A stretch of 63,778 nt of DNA, the filler included, from Octopus bimaculoides (lineage: Eukaryota): NCBI RefSeq assembly GCF_001194135.2. It is 5 parts of 5 records of this genome, joined end to end, with 100 filler letters (N's around TTAATTAATTAA, not from the genome) between each part and the next. Parts side by side here need not be neighbours in the genome. Positions count along the whole stretch, not along the records: positions 24,081 to 50,705 come from NC_068983.1; 4 more parts are not named here. One strand, 5' to 3'. The translations under genes were made by a program, and so were the position numbers. Below, piece after piece: positions 26,492-38,829 of the stretch. Within the stretch, counting starts at the first letter, position 1. Every line of letters starts with the position of its first letter. The notes beneath the pieces were generated by a model that worked only from the letters and a program-made list of their open reading frames with translations, was not told where the DNA came from and ran no database searches.

Positions 26492-27779
26492 TCTGGTCAT
26501 CCCATAAGCTCTGTCCAATTTTACCTTTTTTAAAATTGAATGAAATTTACTAGTATTTTAGAATGTCTAATGGAATTAAAAATTATTTTTATGCATTTGT
26601 ATACATTTAAACTAATTAAATATTATTTTACAGAATAATAGAATTAAAATTTCTTTGATTAAAACCCTTTCTAACATGGAAGTATCCAAAGATCATTTAA
26701 GGCACATAATGATCTATGAGTACAAAAAAGGAAACTCTGCAGCCGAAGCGACTCGAAACATACACCCAGTTTATGGGAAAGAATGCTTGAATGAAAGAAC
26801 TTGCAGAAGATGGTTTGCAAAATTCAAAAGTGGAGATTTCAGCTTTGAAGATGAAGATCGAACAGGACGTCCAGTTGAGTTTGATGATAAGCTCCTTGAG
26901 GCATTACTTGAAGAAAATCCTGCATTATCATTTGAAGAATTGGCAATAAAGCTTAGTTCAAACCATACAACTGTTCATTGTCATCTTCAACAACTTGGAA
27001 AGGTTCCTAAACTTGGAAAATGGGTGCCTCATGAATTGTCCAAAAGCAACTACAAATCCTGAGTTGACATCTGCTCTTCTCTCCATTCTCACAAACTCAT
27101 TTCACCCTTTTTAGATAGACTTGTGACTGGTGATGAAAAATGAATCTTCTACCGAAATGTTAAATGTCGTAAACAGTGGCTTGGTAAAAGGGAAAAAGCT
27201 CAATCACAACTGAGAAGGGAACTTCATGAAAAAAGGTTCTTCTCTTTATCTGGTGGGATTGCAAAAGAGTAATTCACTTTGAATTGTTACCATCTAATGC
27301 AACAATGAATGCTCAAGTCTACTGTCAGCAATTAGAGCATTTGAACCAAGCTTTGAAGAAAAAAAGACCCACTTTAGTGAATTGAAAAGGAGTGATGTTT
27401 CATCAGGAAAATGTACGACCCCACACTGCAAAGACCGCATCAAAGAAAATCGAAGAGCTTGGTTGGGAAAAAATTCCTCATCCACCTTAGTCTCCCGACC
27501 TTGCTTCTTCAGATTTCCATTTGTTTTGTAGTTTACAGAATCATTTGGGGGACAAAACTTTCGCAAGCCAGGAGGGGGTCGAAACTGACATTTCAGAGTT
27601 CTTCACTTTGAAACCAAAAGAGTTTTACATTGATGAGATTAAAAAGCTTGTAAATATATGGAAGGAAGTCATAGATAATCAGGGAAAGTACATTTGATGA
27701 TTAAATTTAAATTAAATATAACATTTGATCACTTGTTTTCTTTATTCAAAATTCGGACAGAACATATGGGATGACCTGA
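26492..27779 (+). mobile_element. Full-length mariner (DD34D-type) transposon, pseudogenised
   Basis: TIRs TC(A)GGTCATCCCATA.G.TCTGTCC / GGACAGAACATATGGGATGACCTGA-TA; transposase from ATG 26676 to ~27703 with WVPHEL, VTGDEK, HQENVRPH and SPDLASSDFHLF; stops and frameshifts. Confidence 0.95.
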
Positions 27780-30054
27780 TAGTTTCTTCTTGTTATAATA
27801 TTGAGTCCATTGCATCCTAATCTTCTTTTGGCTCATATAAATTAGTCCCACAACAAACTCAATTCATTATTTTTGAGGGCCTCCATTTCTGTTACCATGA
27901 AATGCTTATCACTTTCTTCTGTGTCTGAAAACCAAATTTCAGGCAAAATTTTCATAAATATTATTATAGTGAATTTGACAGCTATTTCTAGCAGAACAAT
28001 TGCCTGCACATGGGCTCCATAGTTCACTTATAAATGGTACCAGCAATATTTTTCAGGCAATTCAATCTAGTATACCCACTTCTGTTACTAATTTTGTTTT
28101 GTGTTTGATGAAAAGTAATCAACATTTCAAAAGAAAATGTACCCAATGGAATTTGTAAAAATATTCTGAGATATTTCAGTCAAATTGAAATGAAAAAATA
28201 TAAAATAATCAATTGAACAAAAAACTATTTTATTCTGAAAACAACTGAAAGGAATAGAGAACCTATGAATATTATTTATCATATATTATGAATTCTTTAT
28301 AGGAATGTATTTGTTGAATAAGTAAAAGATAAATAATACAAAACAATTAGAAGAATTGTAAAATTATTTCAGTAACTATCATACATGGAAGAATACACAG
28401 ATGAAGACAGGATATACATTCTCAGTTGAATGTAACCATCATATTTTCTATAAAATAGAACAAAAATTGTTACCACACTCAGGTGATTATATAGTTTTGG
28501 ACACTTGGGATAACTAGATCTGCCTGAGCATACAACCACAGGGATCCCATTTAGAAGTCATGAGTTCTGAATTGCAAACAACCAGTCCAAAGTTGAGGGA
28601 TCTTGTGAGAGCAGTAAACAACATATCTTATGTTGCTGGTACTGTAAATACCTTGGCTGCCTATTTGTGGAACAACCTCAATGAAGGCAAACTCATTTAG
28701 GAGTCATAGGTTCTTCTGAATTGAAAATAACCAGTATGAAAATGTGGAGCTCATGAATCCAGTAAACACTGAATAGTATCTTGTGCTGATGTACTATAAA
28801 ATACTCTGGCTTCATATTAGAGGAACAACCACATCATCAAGTTCATTATCACTACTAAATTCTTGACTGCTTCTAGCAGAGTTCACTGCATTGAAAACAT
28901 TCAGAGCAGGCTTCCAATTTAGCAATAACGCAATCTCTTGATGCACTGATACTAGTGCACTTTCTTCTGCATAGTGACTGTCATGAGGTGCAATCGGAAA
29001 AAGTGTTGCAGCTTAGGCTAGCCACTAAGTAGAGCAAGGAACCCAACCTTGTATGTAATACCAATAGTGGTTGCTTTACCAGCTGAGCATATAATGTTTA
29101 TCTTCTCTTCCTGAAAACACAATATTTTAAGAGTTCATTAGTAGTCTTTTAAAATCCATCTACTTTTATGATAATCACATCAATACTTCATGAATTATGC
29201 TTTCTGTCTCTCTCGCTTCCAACAAACAAAATGAACAAAATGATCAATAAACCCACTGGACAATTTTTCCTTCCCTATACATTCTTTGTGAACTTCTTTC
29301 CAAACTGAACTATTCACCTCTTACTAACATGCAAACCACATTCCTTCCCTCTTTGTGACAAAAACCTCTCATCCTTTAATTGCAGCTTATCTCTGTTTGC
29401 CAGATTTAAATCTATACTGCCTTCATTGTCAAAGTTGGTTTCTGCACATTTATAGATCCATCTCCCCCACCTCTCATCTATTTCACCTATATATCAACTG
29501 CAAAGACCTCCACTTACTCTGGCTCAAAGTCTCCTTTCTTCAACCTTTTAAATTTATCTGTTCACTGAACTTCTTTGACCAATCGTTAAAGATATCGTAT
29601 ATCTATTTCACATCATTTTCATGTCATTGTCCATGATAACCTCAAATATCACAAGTCCTCTCACATCCATTACACAACCAAAGCTCAGAACATAAAGAGC
29701 TGGAACTGTTCCCACAAAGGATTTACATTTGTTCAATGCTGTAACAATTCTGCCAACCAACTACTTTACCAAATTTAGAAATCAGCATTATTAATTTATC
29801 TTATCTATTTCCTTGCATTTGTTATCAGTTTCTCTCTTCATCCTCACTCTGTCTCTCCATCTCTCTCTCTCTCTTTCTCACTCTCTCTCTCTCTCTCTCT
29901 CTCATATACTGATGTCAAACCTTTCTTGATATTTAAAATTATTCTTCAAATATTCAAATTTATCAACATATTCATTTAATCAAACGCTAGCAACAACCAC
30001 TTCCAACTTATATAAGTATAGATTAAAATCAAAAATGAATAATAATATTAACAG

Positions 30055-30270
30055 ATGCTAAGGCAGTGAACTGGCAGAATCGTTAGCACATCAGAAAAAA
30101 TGCTTAGCAACATTTCATCAATCTTTATATTCTGAGTTCAAATTCTGCCGAGGTCATTTATGCCTTTCATACTTTCTAAGTTGATAACATAAGAACCAGT
30201 TGAACACTGAGGTCGATTTAATCAACTTAGCTCCTCCCCACAAACCTGCTAACCTTGTGTCAACATTTTG
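30055..30270 (+). mobile_element. S2 SINE
   Basis: S2 body; further partial copies at 31095-31290 (-) and 38284-38340 (-). Confidence 0.8.
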
Positions 30271-30404
30271 AGCCTAATATTAAAGGATACTGTTGTATAT
30301 ATTCTATATGTTGGGCTATTTTTGATTTGACACTCCAGAAATGATATTTTTCAAAAGTTTCTACTCTGACGTAGTTTTTCAAGCTATTTGCATAAATCAT
30401 GATA

Positions 30405-30778
30405 ATTTGACCCAGGAAGACATGGGACGAGGTGGTGCAGTATAATCTTTGGATGTTGGCTCTCACAGAAGCTATGATAAATAACTGAGACCTTTGGTAG
30501 TTTGCTGTACTTGAGAAGACTCATCAAACCAAGTGAAATTGTAGTCGTGGACAATTCTGGTTACATGTAAATGGCACCCATGATGGTAACATGTAAAAGG
30601 TAGCCATGACAGTGACACATAAAAGGTACCCACTACACTCTTGCAGTGCTTTGCATTAGGAAGGGCACCCAACTGTAGAAACCAAGCCAAAATCAGACTG
30701 GGGCCTGGTACAGCTTTCTGGCTTACAAGTCCCAGTCAAACTGTCTAACAACCTATGAAAGATGATGATGAGGAGGAG
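30405..30778 (+). mobile_element. RTE-like LINE 3' end (ORF C-terminus + 3'UTR with (GAT)n tail)
   Basis: PRKTWDEVVQYNLWMLALTEAM...DLW..AVLEKT (GRPRKTW motif) leads into the 3'UTR also seen at 44740-45035, 47660-47968, 48170-48340 (+) and 43030-43170 (-). Confidence 0.8.
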
Positions 30779-31460
30779 GAATAAATAATACTGTAGTTAT
30801 TAGCATGAAAATTAGTTAGTACAAAAAAAGCTACTGCATAGAAAATTTTAAAAACAGATCAGACCTGTCAAACTGAAAATGTCCAACATTTGTTTCAACT
30901 ATTCTGTCTTATGTAGAATATTTGCCTAATCACACCTGCCATGCTTTCTGGTGTATTTCAATGTACACTAAAGAAAGGAGAAGTTTTTAGCCTCTAATTC
31001 ACCCCTCCACTATTTCTTGAAAGAAAGGCACACAATAAGTGGCCACCACCCATCTCTATTTGACTGTCTCACTTTGGACCATAGCCAAGTCAGAGAGAGA
31101 GAAAAAAAAAAAAAAACAAGGATCCATTCTAGTGCCACATTAGCAGTTTATTTATCCATCCCAGAAGGATGAAAGACAAAGTTCACCTTGGCAGGATTTG
31201 AACTCAAAATACAATCTGCCAGAATTTTTACTTCAAATCAGTTTGTGCAATGCTTTAACAGTTCTGCCAAATGATCGCATTGTACACTAAACATATATAC
31301 ATCCATCCATACTGAAATACAAACAAATACATACATATATATACATATATGTATATATATGTGTGTGTGTGTGTGTGTGTATAAATATGTATATATATAT
31401 GTATGTATGTATGTGTCTATGTATGTACGTGCTATAATACATTATCTATGTGTGTGTGTG

Positions 31461-31515
<55 letters not shown>

Positions 31516-32060
31516 ATATATGTGTGTGTGTGCATTATATATCTATATACATAAGTACATACATATGAACATACGTACATACATAAATTATATGTGACAA
31601 ATTAAACAGCTTTCTTTATCTATGAACAAAGAATATATTATTAATAAAAAAAAGGGAAAAGGATCATAAAATTATCCAGTCCCATTGTAGAAATAAAATA
31701 ATGAGGATGAATCTTTGCCTGTGATTATAAGGAGTTGAAATGATTCACACCATGAATGTTTATTGCCAAAATAAATCTTATACTCTTCCTCCTGCCTTGC
31801 TGTCCCTCCCCTCCTTCCCCCCTGCTTTCTTGATACTTTCATGTCCAATTTTCCTCTGGCTCTAAATTATTTACCAAAACCATTTATTTCATTTATGCTT
31901 TTAAACTATATATATGTATGTATGTATGTATATACATATGCACACATACATATATATATATATATATATACACATATATATATATATATGCACACATACA
32001 TATTTATACATATATACACACACACATAAATATAGATACACACATATATATACAGACACA

Positions 32061-32092
<32 letters not shown>

Positions 32093-32102
32093 NNNNNNNN
32101 NN

Positions 32103-32138
<36 letters not shown>

Positions 32139-32274
32139 GTGTATATATATATTTATATATATATATTGTGTGTATATATATATTTATATTGTGTGTATAT
32201 ATATATGTATATATATTGTGTGTGTGTATATATATATACATAATGTATATATACATATATATACATAGTATGTG

Positions 32275-32342
<68 letters not shown>

Positions 32343-32658
32343 CAAAAATATTCAATTAATGGACAAATAAATTTTAAATATTCTGATATGAAAGAAATTC
32401 AATTCAAACAAATGATTATATGAATTATTTGGATATTTTCTGAAGAATCATACCATAAATATCAGGGAAAATTGTTTTCACACATTAGTAAATTTGCTAT
32501 AATAATCTCATAAATGACTAATGACAAAAACTGTATATCACTTTTGGTTGAAGATAATCTCTCTCATCAAAATACCTCCACAATTCGTTGCCATCATACA
32601 ATCTAACAGAAAGTTTCCAATTTACAGCGAGGATCTGTATTTTAATTTCCTACATTAT

Positions 32659-32700
<42 letters not shown>

Positions 32701-32959
32701 TTGTGTGTATGTATGTGTGCTTGAGCGTGCATGCACATACACGTGTGCTTGACATATAAACATGCATATAACATGCATGTATAGAGTCATGTTTATTTGT
32801 GTATGTGTATATACACAAATTTTCTAAAAAAAAAAAATCTATTGCTGAACACTCGGGTGGCTGTAGTTAACAGAAAAATAACCTCGCCGGTTTCAAATCC
32901 CCGTAACGCTAAAAATTTTTATTTTATCTACTTTTATTTCTATATACTTTCAAAAAGGT

Positions 32960-33385
32960 GGGCAAAAACCTATGGTTTCAAAAAGAGATCACCTCAGTAA
33001 ATTTATTCAAAGTTTTTGGACCAAAAGACTTAAGGATGGCAAGGGATTCTTTTACACACAACTTACACTTATTTATATTTACTCTGAAGTAAGGGGCTCT
33101 CGAAATAACGGACCATTCCAAAGACTAACTCTTATTATTCCTCTTTAGATCGTGTATATAAGATGCAAGTGCGGTAGAGCTACAGTATTTTTCGTTTGAG
33201 AACGAGCTCATGCGGGCCCTATATCTAGCCTTAAAATTTACTGTACTACCCATATAAAACTTATCTAAATTATCCTCACCCTTAACAACGCATTTATAAA
33301 TTGCATTAGTAATTAGACAGAACCCATCAAGGGGACATAATCCAGGGTTTTCAACAATTACATGATTTCCCAAGGTTTTCAACAA
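32960..33385 (-). mobile_element. Penelope-like element GIY-YIG fragment
   Basis: CPLDGFCLITNAIYKC...FYMGST.NFKARY...LASYIHDLK; reading through one TAG gives EWSVISRAPY...CKLCVKESLAIL...LNKFTEVIS. Confidence 0.88.
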
Positions 33386-34004
33386 TTACATGATTTCTTA
33401 TTTCTACTACTAACAGTACTTGTCAGGTTTCCCACATTTCCTCCTTCACATCTCTCATTACTGGGATTCGAGACAGCCGATGGGAGCAAATGTTGGCATT
33501 ACTAGTATTTATATATATTTATATTGTTGGTGTTGTTGTTGTGCCCGGGGAGTCAGTCTGTCTTAATGCCTTGTTAATTAGCACACTCACCGGTTCCACT
33601 CATTTATTCTTTCTAACATTTCTGTTGCTTGTTGCAAATTCTTCAATAGTTGTTAACTCTGCCCGTTATCTGAGCTGCATTCTCTTTATTTGCTTGTTTG
33701 TGCGCATGTGTGTGTCAGCGTGCATGTGTATACGCATATGTATGTGTGTATGTATGTACTATGTATGTATGTGTGTATGCTTATATATCTGTATGTGTGT
33801 ACGTTTGTATGTATGTACTCTGCATATTCATGTGTTTGTGTGTTTGTATGGATGTGTGTCTTCATATGTGTCTTTGCGCACGCGGAGTGTGTGCTTCAAC
33901 ACACGAATTCATATAAAGAATCTTGCAAATCAAAGGCAAAAACGAAGTATGTATGTATGTATATATATATATATATATATATACATACATACATACATAC
34001 ATAC

Positions 34005-34700
34005 ATGTGGTGGCTGTCTACTCCTTATGCAGAGTTTCACCACCTCTTGTACTTACACCTTAGATCCCTCATGGCGTCTGATGTGGCTTTTTAAACCAGA
34101 CAATGTATTGAAAAGACACCCACATAGATTGCATATCCGATTTGGACCACCAAGACTGCAGTTAAGTTCTGATCTTTGTGGATCTTAAAATGTCTTTTGA
34201 TGCCTCCATTGGATTTGTGGACCTTATACCATAAGGCATTGAAAGGTGTGCACAGATATATAGGCAGAATAGTTGGTGGAGGTTCGTTTTTCATGAGTCC
34301 ACAAATGAGATTTGAGCTCAGCGAAAGAAAGGCATGGTCTCTCACAAACTGAGCCCACAGAAAGGTCATTGCGATTCACCTTCTCGATCGTAACATTCTT
34401 CTTTAAATCTCACTTGAATCTAGCATGCATTATCCTGGCCTCTTCAAACGCTTTCACTCCACTCCACACTTTTGTTTGCCATCCAGCTCAATCCGAAGCA
34501 AAAGTTTTTATGAGCTCTGGATCCATTCCAAGTAACTTCGTGGTAGTTCTTATGCTGTCCTTAAACCTCTTTTTAGGTTAACACCAATAGCATTTCCCCT
34601 CTGCAAGCTCACCATAAACAAACTATTTTGTATGAATGTATGTACTACATGGGTGTCAGATATAATGTACAACTGAGAAAACCACTGGAATGGTCGTGTG
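34005..34700 (-). mobile_element. RTE-clade LINE 3' fragment with three C-terminal C2H2-type fingers
   Basis: FVYGELAEGK...KKRFKDS...WQTKVWSGVKAFEEAR, then [C>G]SVCERPCLSFAELKSHLWTH, FQCLM(fs)YKVHKSNGGIKRHFKIH and CNLCGCLFNTLSGLKSHIRRH. Confidence 0.85.
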
Positions 34701-35152
34701 AAGCATATGAATGAGGGCAGCTACATAAAAAAAAGCACTGATCACTAAGAAAGAATGGAATTTGTGGAAGGAGAAACCAGGAAAACGAGTAATGAAGTAG
34801 TAAAGAATGACATTCCAATGTTGAGTGTCACAGAGGAGATAACAAAGGATCAAGATAATCATCCAGAAGCCCTAAAAGCACATTGCTTATGTCTATGCCT
34901 CTGCACCCAGTCTACCCCTGACAAGCCTCCCCATCTTTCTAATATCCACCCCTCCATCATTCTACTGACTGCAGTACTACTCACTCAGCTTCTATAATTA
35001 CAAGAGTGGAAATCCACATATTTTATCCCCTTACCAGCTACCCTCCCTGGAAGCACTTTCTTTTTCTCTTACATCCTCAGTATCATACTGTTATGTCTCA
35101 AGCTACTGCTATCTAGCACCTTCGGATGATCTCTACTCAACTGCTACTCAAC

Positions 35153-36995
35153 GTTTTGTTTATTTGGCACTACGGCCATACCACAGCGGGGGACACTACA
35201 AGGACAGACACGACACCACAATGGGGACACAAAACATAAAACGAATGACAATGAGATGTTATATAATGAAGAAATGAAATGGCTGCATGGGCCCCATAAC
35301 CATGCAGTACCATTTGAATCGTTTATATAAACTATTTACCATCGTTCACTTTTTCTGTGTTATTCTTAATTATCTGTTTTTTCTCTATTTTTTTAAAATT
35401 ATATTTATAACATAAAACACTTACTTTTTTTTTNNNNNNNNNNNNNNNNNNNNNNNNNNNNNNNNNNNNNNNNNNNNNNNNNNNNNNNNNNNNNNNNNNN
35501 NNNNNNNNNNNNNNNNNNNNNNNNNNNNNNNNNNNNNNNNNNNNNNNNNNNNNNNNNNNNNNNNNNNNNNNNNNNNNNNNNNNNNNNNNNNNNNNNNNNN
35601 NNNNNNNNNNNNNNNNNNNNNNNNNNNNNNNNNNNNNNNNNNNNNNNNNNNNNNNNNNNNNNNNNNNNNNNNNNNNNNNNNNNNNNNNNNNNNNNNNNNN
35701 NNNNNNNNNNNNNNNNNNNNNNNNNNNNNNNNNNNNNNNNNNNNNNNNNNNNNNNNNNNNNNNNNNNNNNNNNNNNNNNNNNNNNNNNNNNNNNNNNNNN
35801 NNNNNNNNNNNNNNNNNNNNNNNNNNNNNNNNNNNNNNNNNNNNNNNNNNNNNNNNNNNNNNNNNNNNNNNNNNNNNNNNNNNNNNNNNNNNNNNNNNNN
35901 NNNNNNNNNNNNNNNNNNNNNNNNNNNNNNNNNNNNNNNNNNNNNNNNNNNNNNNNNNNCTTCTGGTTACAGCTTTCTTTTCCACTTCTTTCTTCTTCAC
36001 TGGTGGTGAGTTTGTTCTTCCACTCCTCCTTCGTTTTCTTTCCATTACCGTAAATCCCTCCTCCGTTGTATTTTCTTCTGTCTCTGTCTGTACTACCTGG
36101 TTCGTGTCTTCCTGTTGGTTCTCTCTGCGGGCATCTCGCCTTCATGTGGCCTTTCTCGCCACATGCAAAACATGTAGGCGGCCTGCCCTCCACTTTCACT
36201 CTTAATTTTTGGTCGTCAGGTAGCGCTATCTCCTCGTCAATTCTATTAAGGTCTTCCACTGTTGCCTGGATAGTCAGTTCGATTCCATATCCCCAATAAT
36301 CCTCACTCTTTGTTATTGTGGCCTTCAGTATCTTGGCCTCTTCCTTCATATTGTACTTTATTGCTGTCATGAGCCATGCTTCATCTAGTTCTGGGGGTAC
36401 TTTGCCTACTCGCCTTCTGGTCACACGTTTGCCACAGTACGACGGCAACAGCACCCATTCCTCCGATCGTATAGCTTCCGTAGAGTTCTTAATTGCTTCT
36501 ATTTCTGTTGCAAATCGTACCTCCACAGTGGCATATATTTTTCCTCTAGTTACAAAAGTTGTTTGCTTTCTGATACCTTTCAGGCATTCCTCGATCTCCT
36601 CAACTGTCGCGAGCTCTATCCTTCTAGTTGCCACCTTCATGGTTTTAAAAACCACAGTTCTCATTCTTACACCTTCTGTCAGTTCCACAGGCGGTGTCAA
36701 CGTCAGCGTGTTTCCGACCCTCGCCAGCAACTTCTCACATTCCTTCGTCTTCTTCCGATCAACCTTAATTTCGATTATTTCCAGCTTTCCTTTTTCTGTT
36801 CCTTTTCCAGTCGCGGCCGCATAACTGTGGCCACCTACCGGTGCTTTCTCCATTCTCCACAACGGGAAGACACAAAAAACACGAACAATAACAACAATTA
36901 ACACCAATAATTAACACTCAATTTTACAACAAAAATACTCAACTTTGCAACTCACATAAAAGACTCTACGTCATCGACAACTCAAATTCCAAAAA
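35153..36995 (-). mobile_element. ORF1-only (HAL1-like) non-LTR element of probable Tx1/L1 origin
   Basis: 5'UTR ~140 nt, gag-like ORF with CCHC knuckle, 526-N gap, short 3' region ending AATAAACAAAAC; flanked by a 12/14-identical direct repeat. Confidence 0.6.
35960..36853 (-). CDS. L1/Tx1-type ORF1 nucleic-acid-binding protein with CCHC zinc knuckle; one frameshift after the knuckle; C-terminus in gap
   Basis: ATG at 36853 (MEKAPVGGHSYAAAT); VEGRPPTCFACGEKGHMKARCP; the shifted frame continues ENQQEDTNQVVQTETEENTTEEGFTVMERKRRR. Confidence 0.8.
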
Positions 36996-37489
36996 AACTG
37001 GTGCTCAACACACGGCCAGACTACCTCTATTTATATGTCTTGGAAGATCCTACTTCTTCGCCTGGGGACGTCGACACAACACATACCTTGCATCTTATTT
37101 TTTGCTGAACACCTCTTTCACTTCTCTCTGTTTTGTACACCCAACCATTTTGGCAACAGCAGTCCTACCAGCCCCATTACCTCTTTTTTTCTATCCATCA
37201 TTTCCACCCTCAGTAACTCTGACTCCATTTCTGACATTGTGCATCTCTCTCTTTCACACCATCCTCACACACTTTGCTTTATCTTTGTTTCTACGTTTTA
37301 CCTTCCTGACCCACACCAATTTCTTCAACCATCCCTTCCAATGGATATTCATGACTGACCATGCTTCCATCCATGCTCACCACTTACTGCATTTTCCTCC
37401 ATCTGCCCCTCACTTCTCTCACTCTCATCACCTTACCAACCCACCAATACCCCTTTTCTTATATTTACCTTCCTGTAACTCAATTGTTC

Positions 37490-37780
37490 TCAACTATAGA
37501 GGAAGAAGAAGTGTGAAAATACGAATTCCCAGAGTTACACCAGATATTAAACCAGAGTGGTTGGTTGCAACAGTGCTGGCTGCAACCAAGGAGGAGCCGG
37601 AATTGGGACCAGTGGCGAAAACAAAAGTGTGCNNNNNNNNNNCCAAGGAGGAGCCGGAATTGGGACCAGTGGCGAAATCAAAAGTGTGCAAACGGTGGGG
37701 ATTTGGAGTCGAAATGTGGCCACATTCGAGAACATAGAAAGAATTCCCTACCAGATAGAAGTGGAGGACGAGAAAACGTG
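37490..37780 (+). pseudogene. Second, diverged ORF1 fragment homologous to the 36 kb ORF1
   Basis: NYRGRRSVKIRIPRVTPDIKPEWLVATV...RWGFGVEM aligns with SYCGKRVTRRRVGKVPPELDEAWLMTAI...YWGYGIEL. Confidence 0.7.
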
Positions 37781-38003
37781 AAATGTCGTAAAATTTTTAT
37801 TATGATCACTATTGATCTAATTTACATAGATGATACAAAGACAATTACAAACAGATGTACAAAATGTATGAGTTCTTTTTAAAAAATGTTTACGATGTTT
37901 TTATAAAATTTAAAAAACGATGACTTTGAATATTCAGACATACATATGCATGCATACCCACACACATCTATATAAATATATATATATATACACATATATA
38001 CAT

Positions 38004-38034
<31 letters not shown>

Positions 38035-38829
38035 TACCCATGTCTATAAAAAGAAGGGGAGATTGGGTTTTTCAACCCGGAAGCCTATAAGGCCCAGCAG
38101 TTTGACTTTTATTTTCACAATGATTAGTTTGGATGACTTACACCCACCTTTTTCACTACTTCCTTCCATCTTCGTTCATATACNNNNNNNNNNNNNNNNN
38201 NNNNNNNNNNNNNNNNNNNNNNNNNNNNNNNNNNNNNNNNNNNNNNNNNNNNNNNNNNNNNNNNNNNNNNNNNNNNNNNNNNNCCTCAGTAGAATTTGAA
38301 CTCAGAACATAAAGACAGACGAAATGCTGCTAAGCATGTTCCTCAAAATTAATATTAAATGAAATAAAATACCTTTACTTCTCTCATATTTTTTGCTATC
38401 AGGTGACAATCCCCAAAATGCAAAATATTTCTCATGTTTTATTATTATAGAAAGGGGGTGTACAAGCCTCTCTCTCTCTTCTATTCTCTCTCACATTTTC
38501 TAATCATTGAAACTGGTAATTACTTTTAAAAGAAATGATAACAATTGGGATGAACTTCATAATCATAATTAAATCATGAGGTAACATGAAAATATTTTAC
38601 ATTCATCTCCAAAGAAAAACAAAATAGCCAAATTGCTAGAACTTGTTGGCATAAGCTTATGATAGTGTTTAGTGGCATCTCCATGCTTCAGTTTTTGTAT
38701 CAAGGTTTATTAGTTTTAGAGGATTTGGAAAGACAGTGACGATGATTACAGTAAGCAAAATATACATGCCTGAGTAAATGTGTAGCCTTGTTACTGAAAT
38801 TGTGAATTAATAAAATTGCCAGAGCATAG

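Noticed and set aside
28518-28700. ~60-codon open frames on both strands in unique sequence
   Set aside because: No convincing splice or start context and no recognisable motif; compatible with UTR or intron.
32965-33000. CTGAGG...GAAACC as a hammerhead
   Set aside because: It is coding sequence (TEVISF) of the PLE GIY-YIG tail; core and helices do not fit.
38640-38750. Plus-strand micro-exons (GFGKT P-loop-like; also 9001-9040, 18196-18238, 24684-24700)
   Set aside because: Short AG..GT windows occur by chance in AT-rich DNA; no consistent phase chain or recognisable protein.
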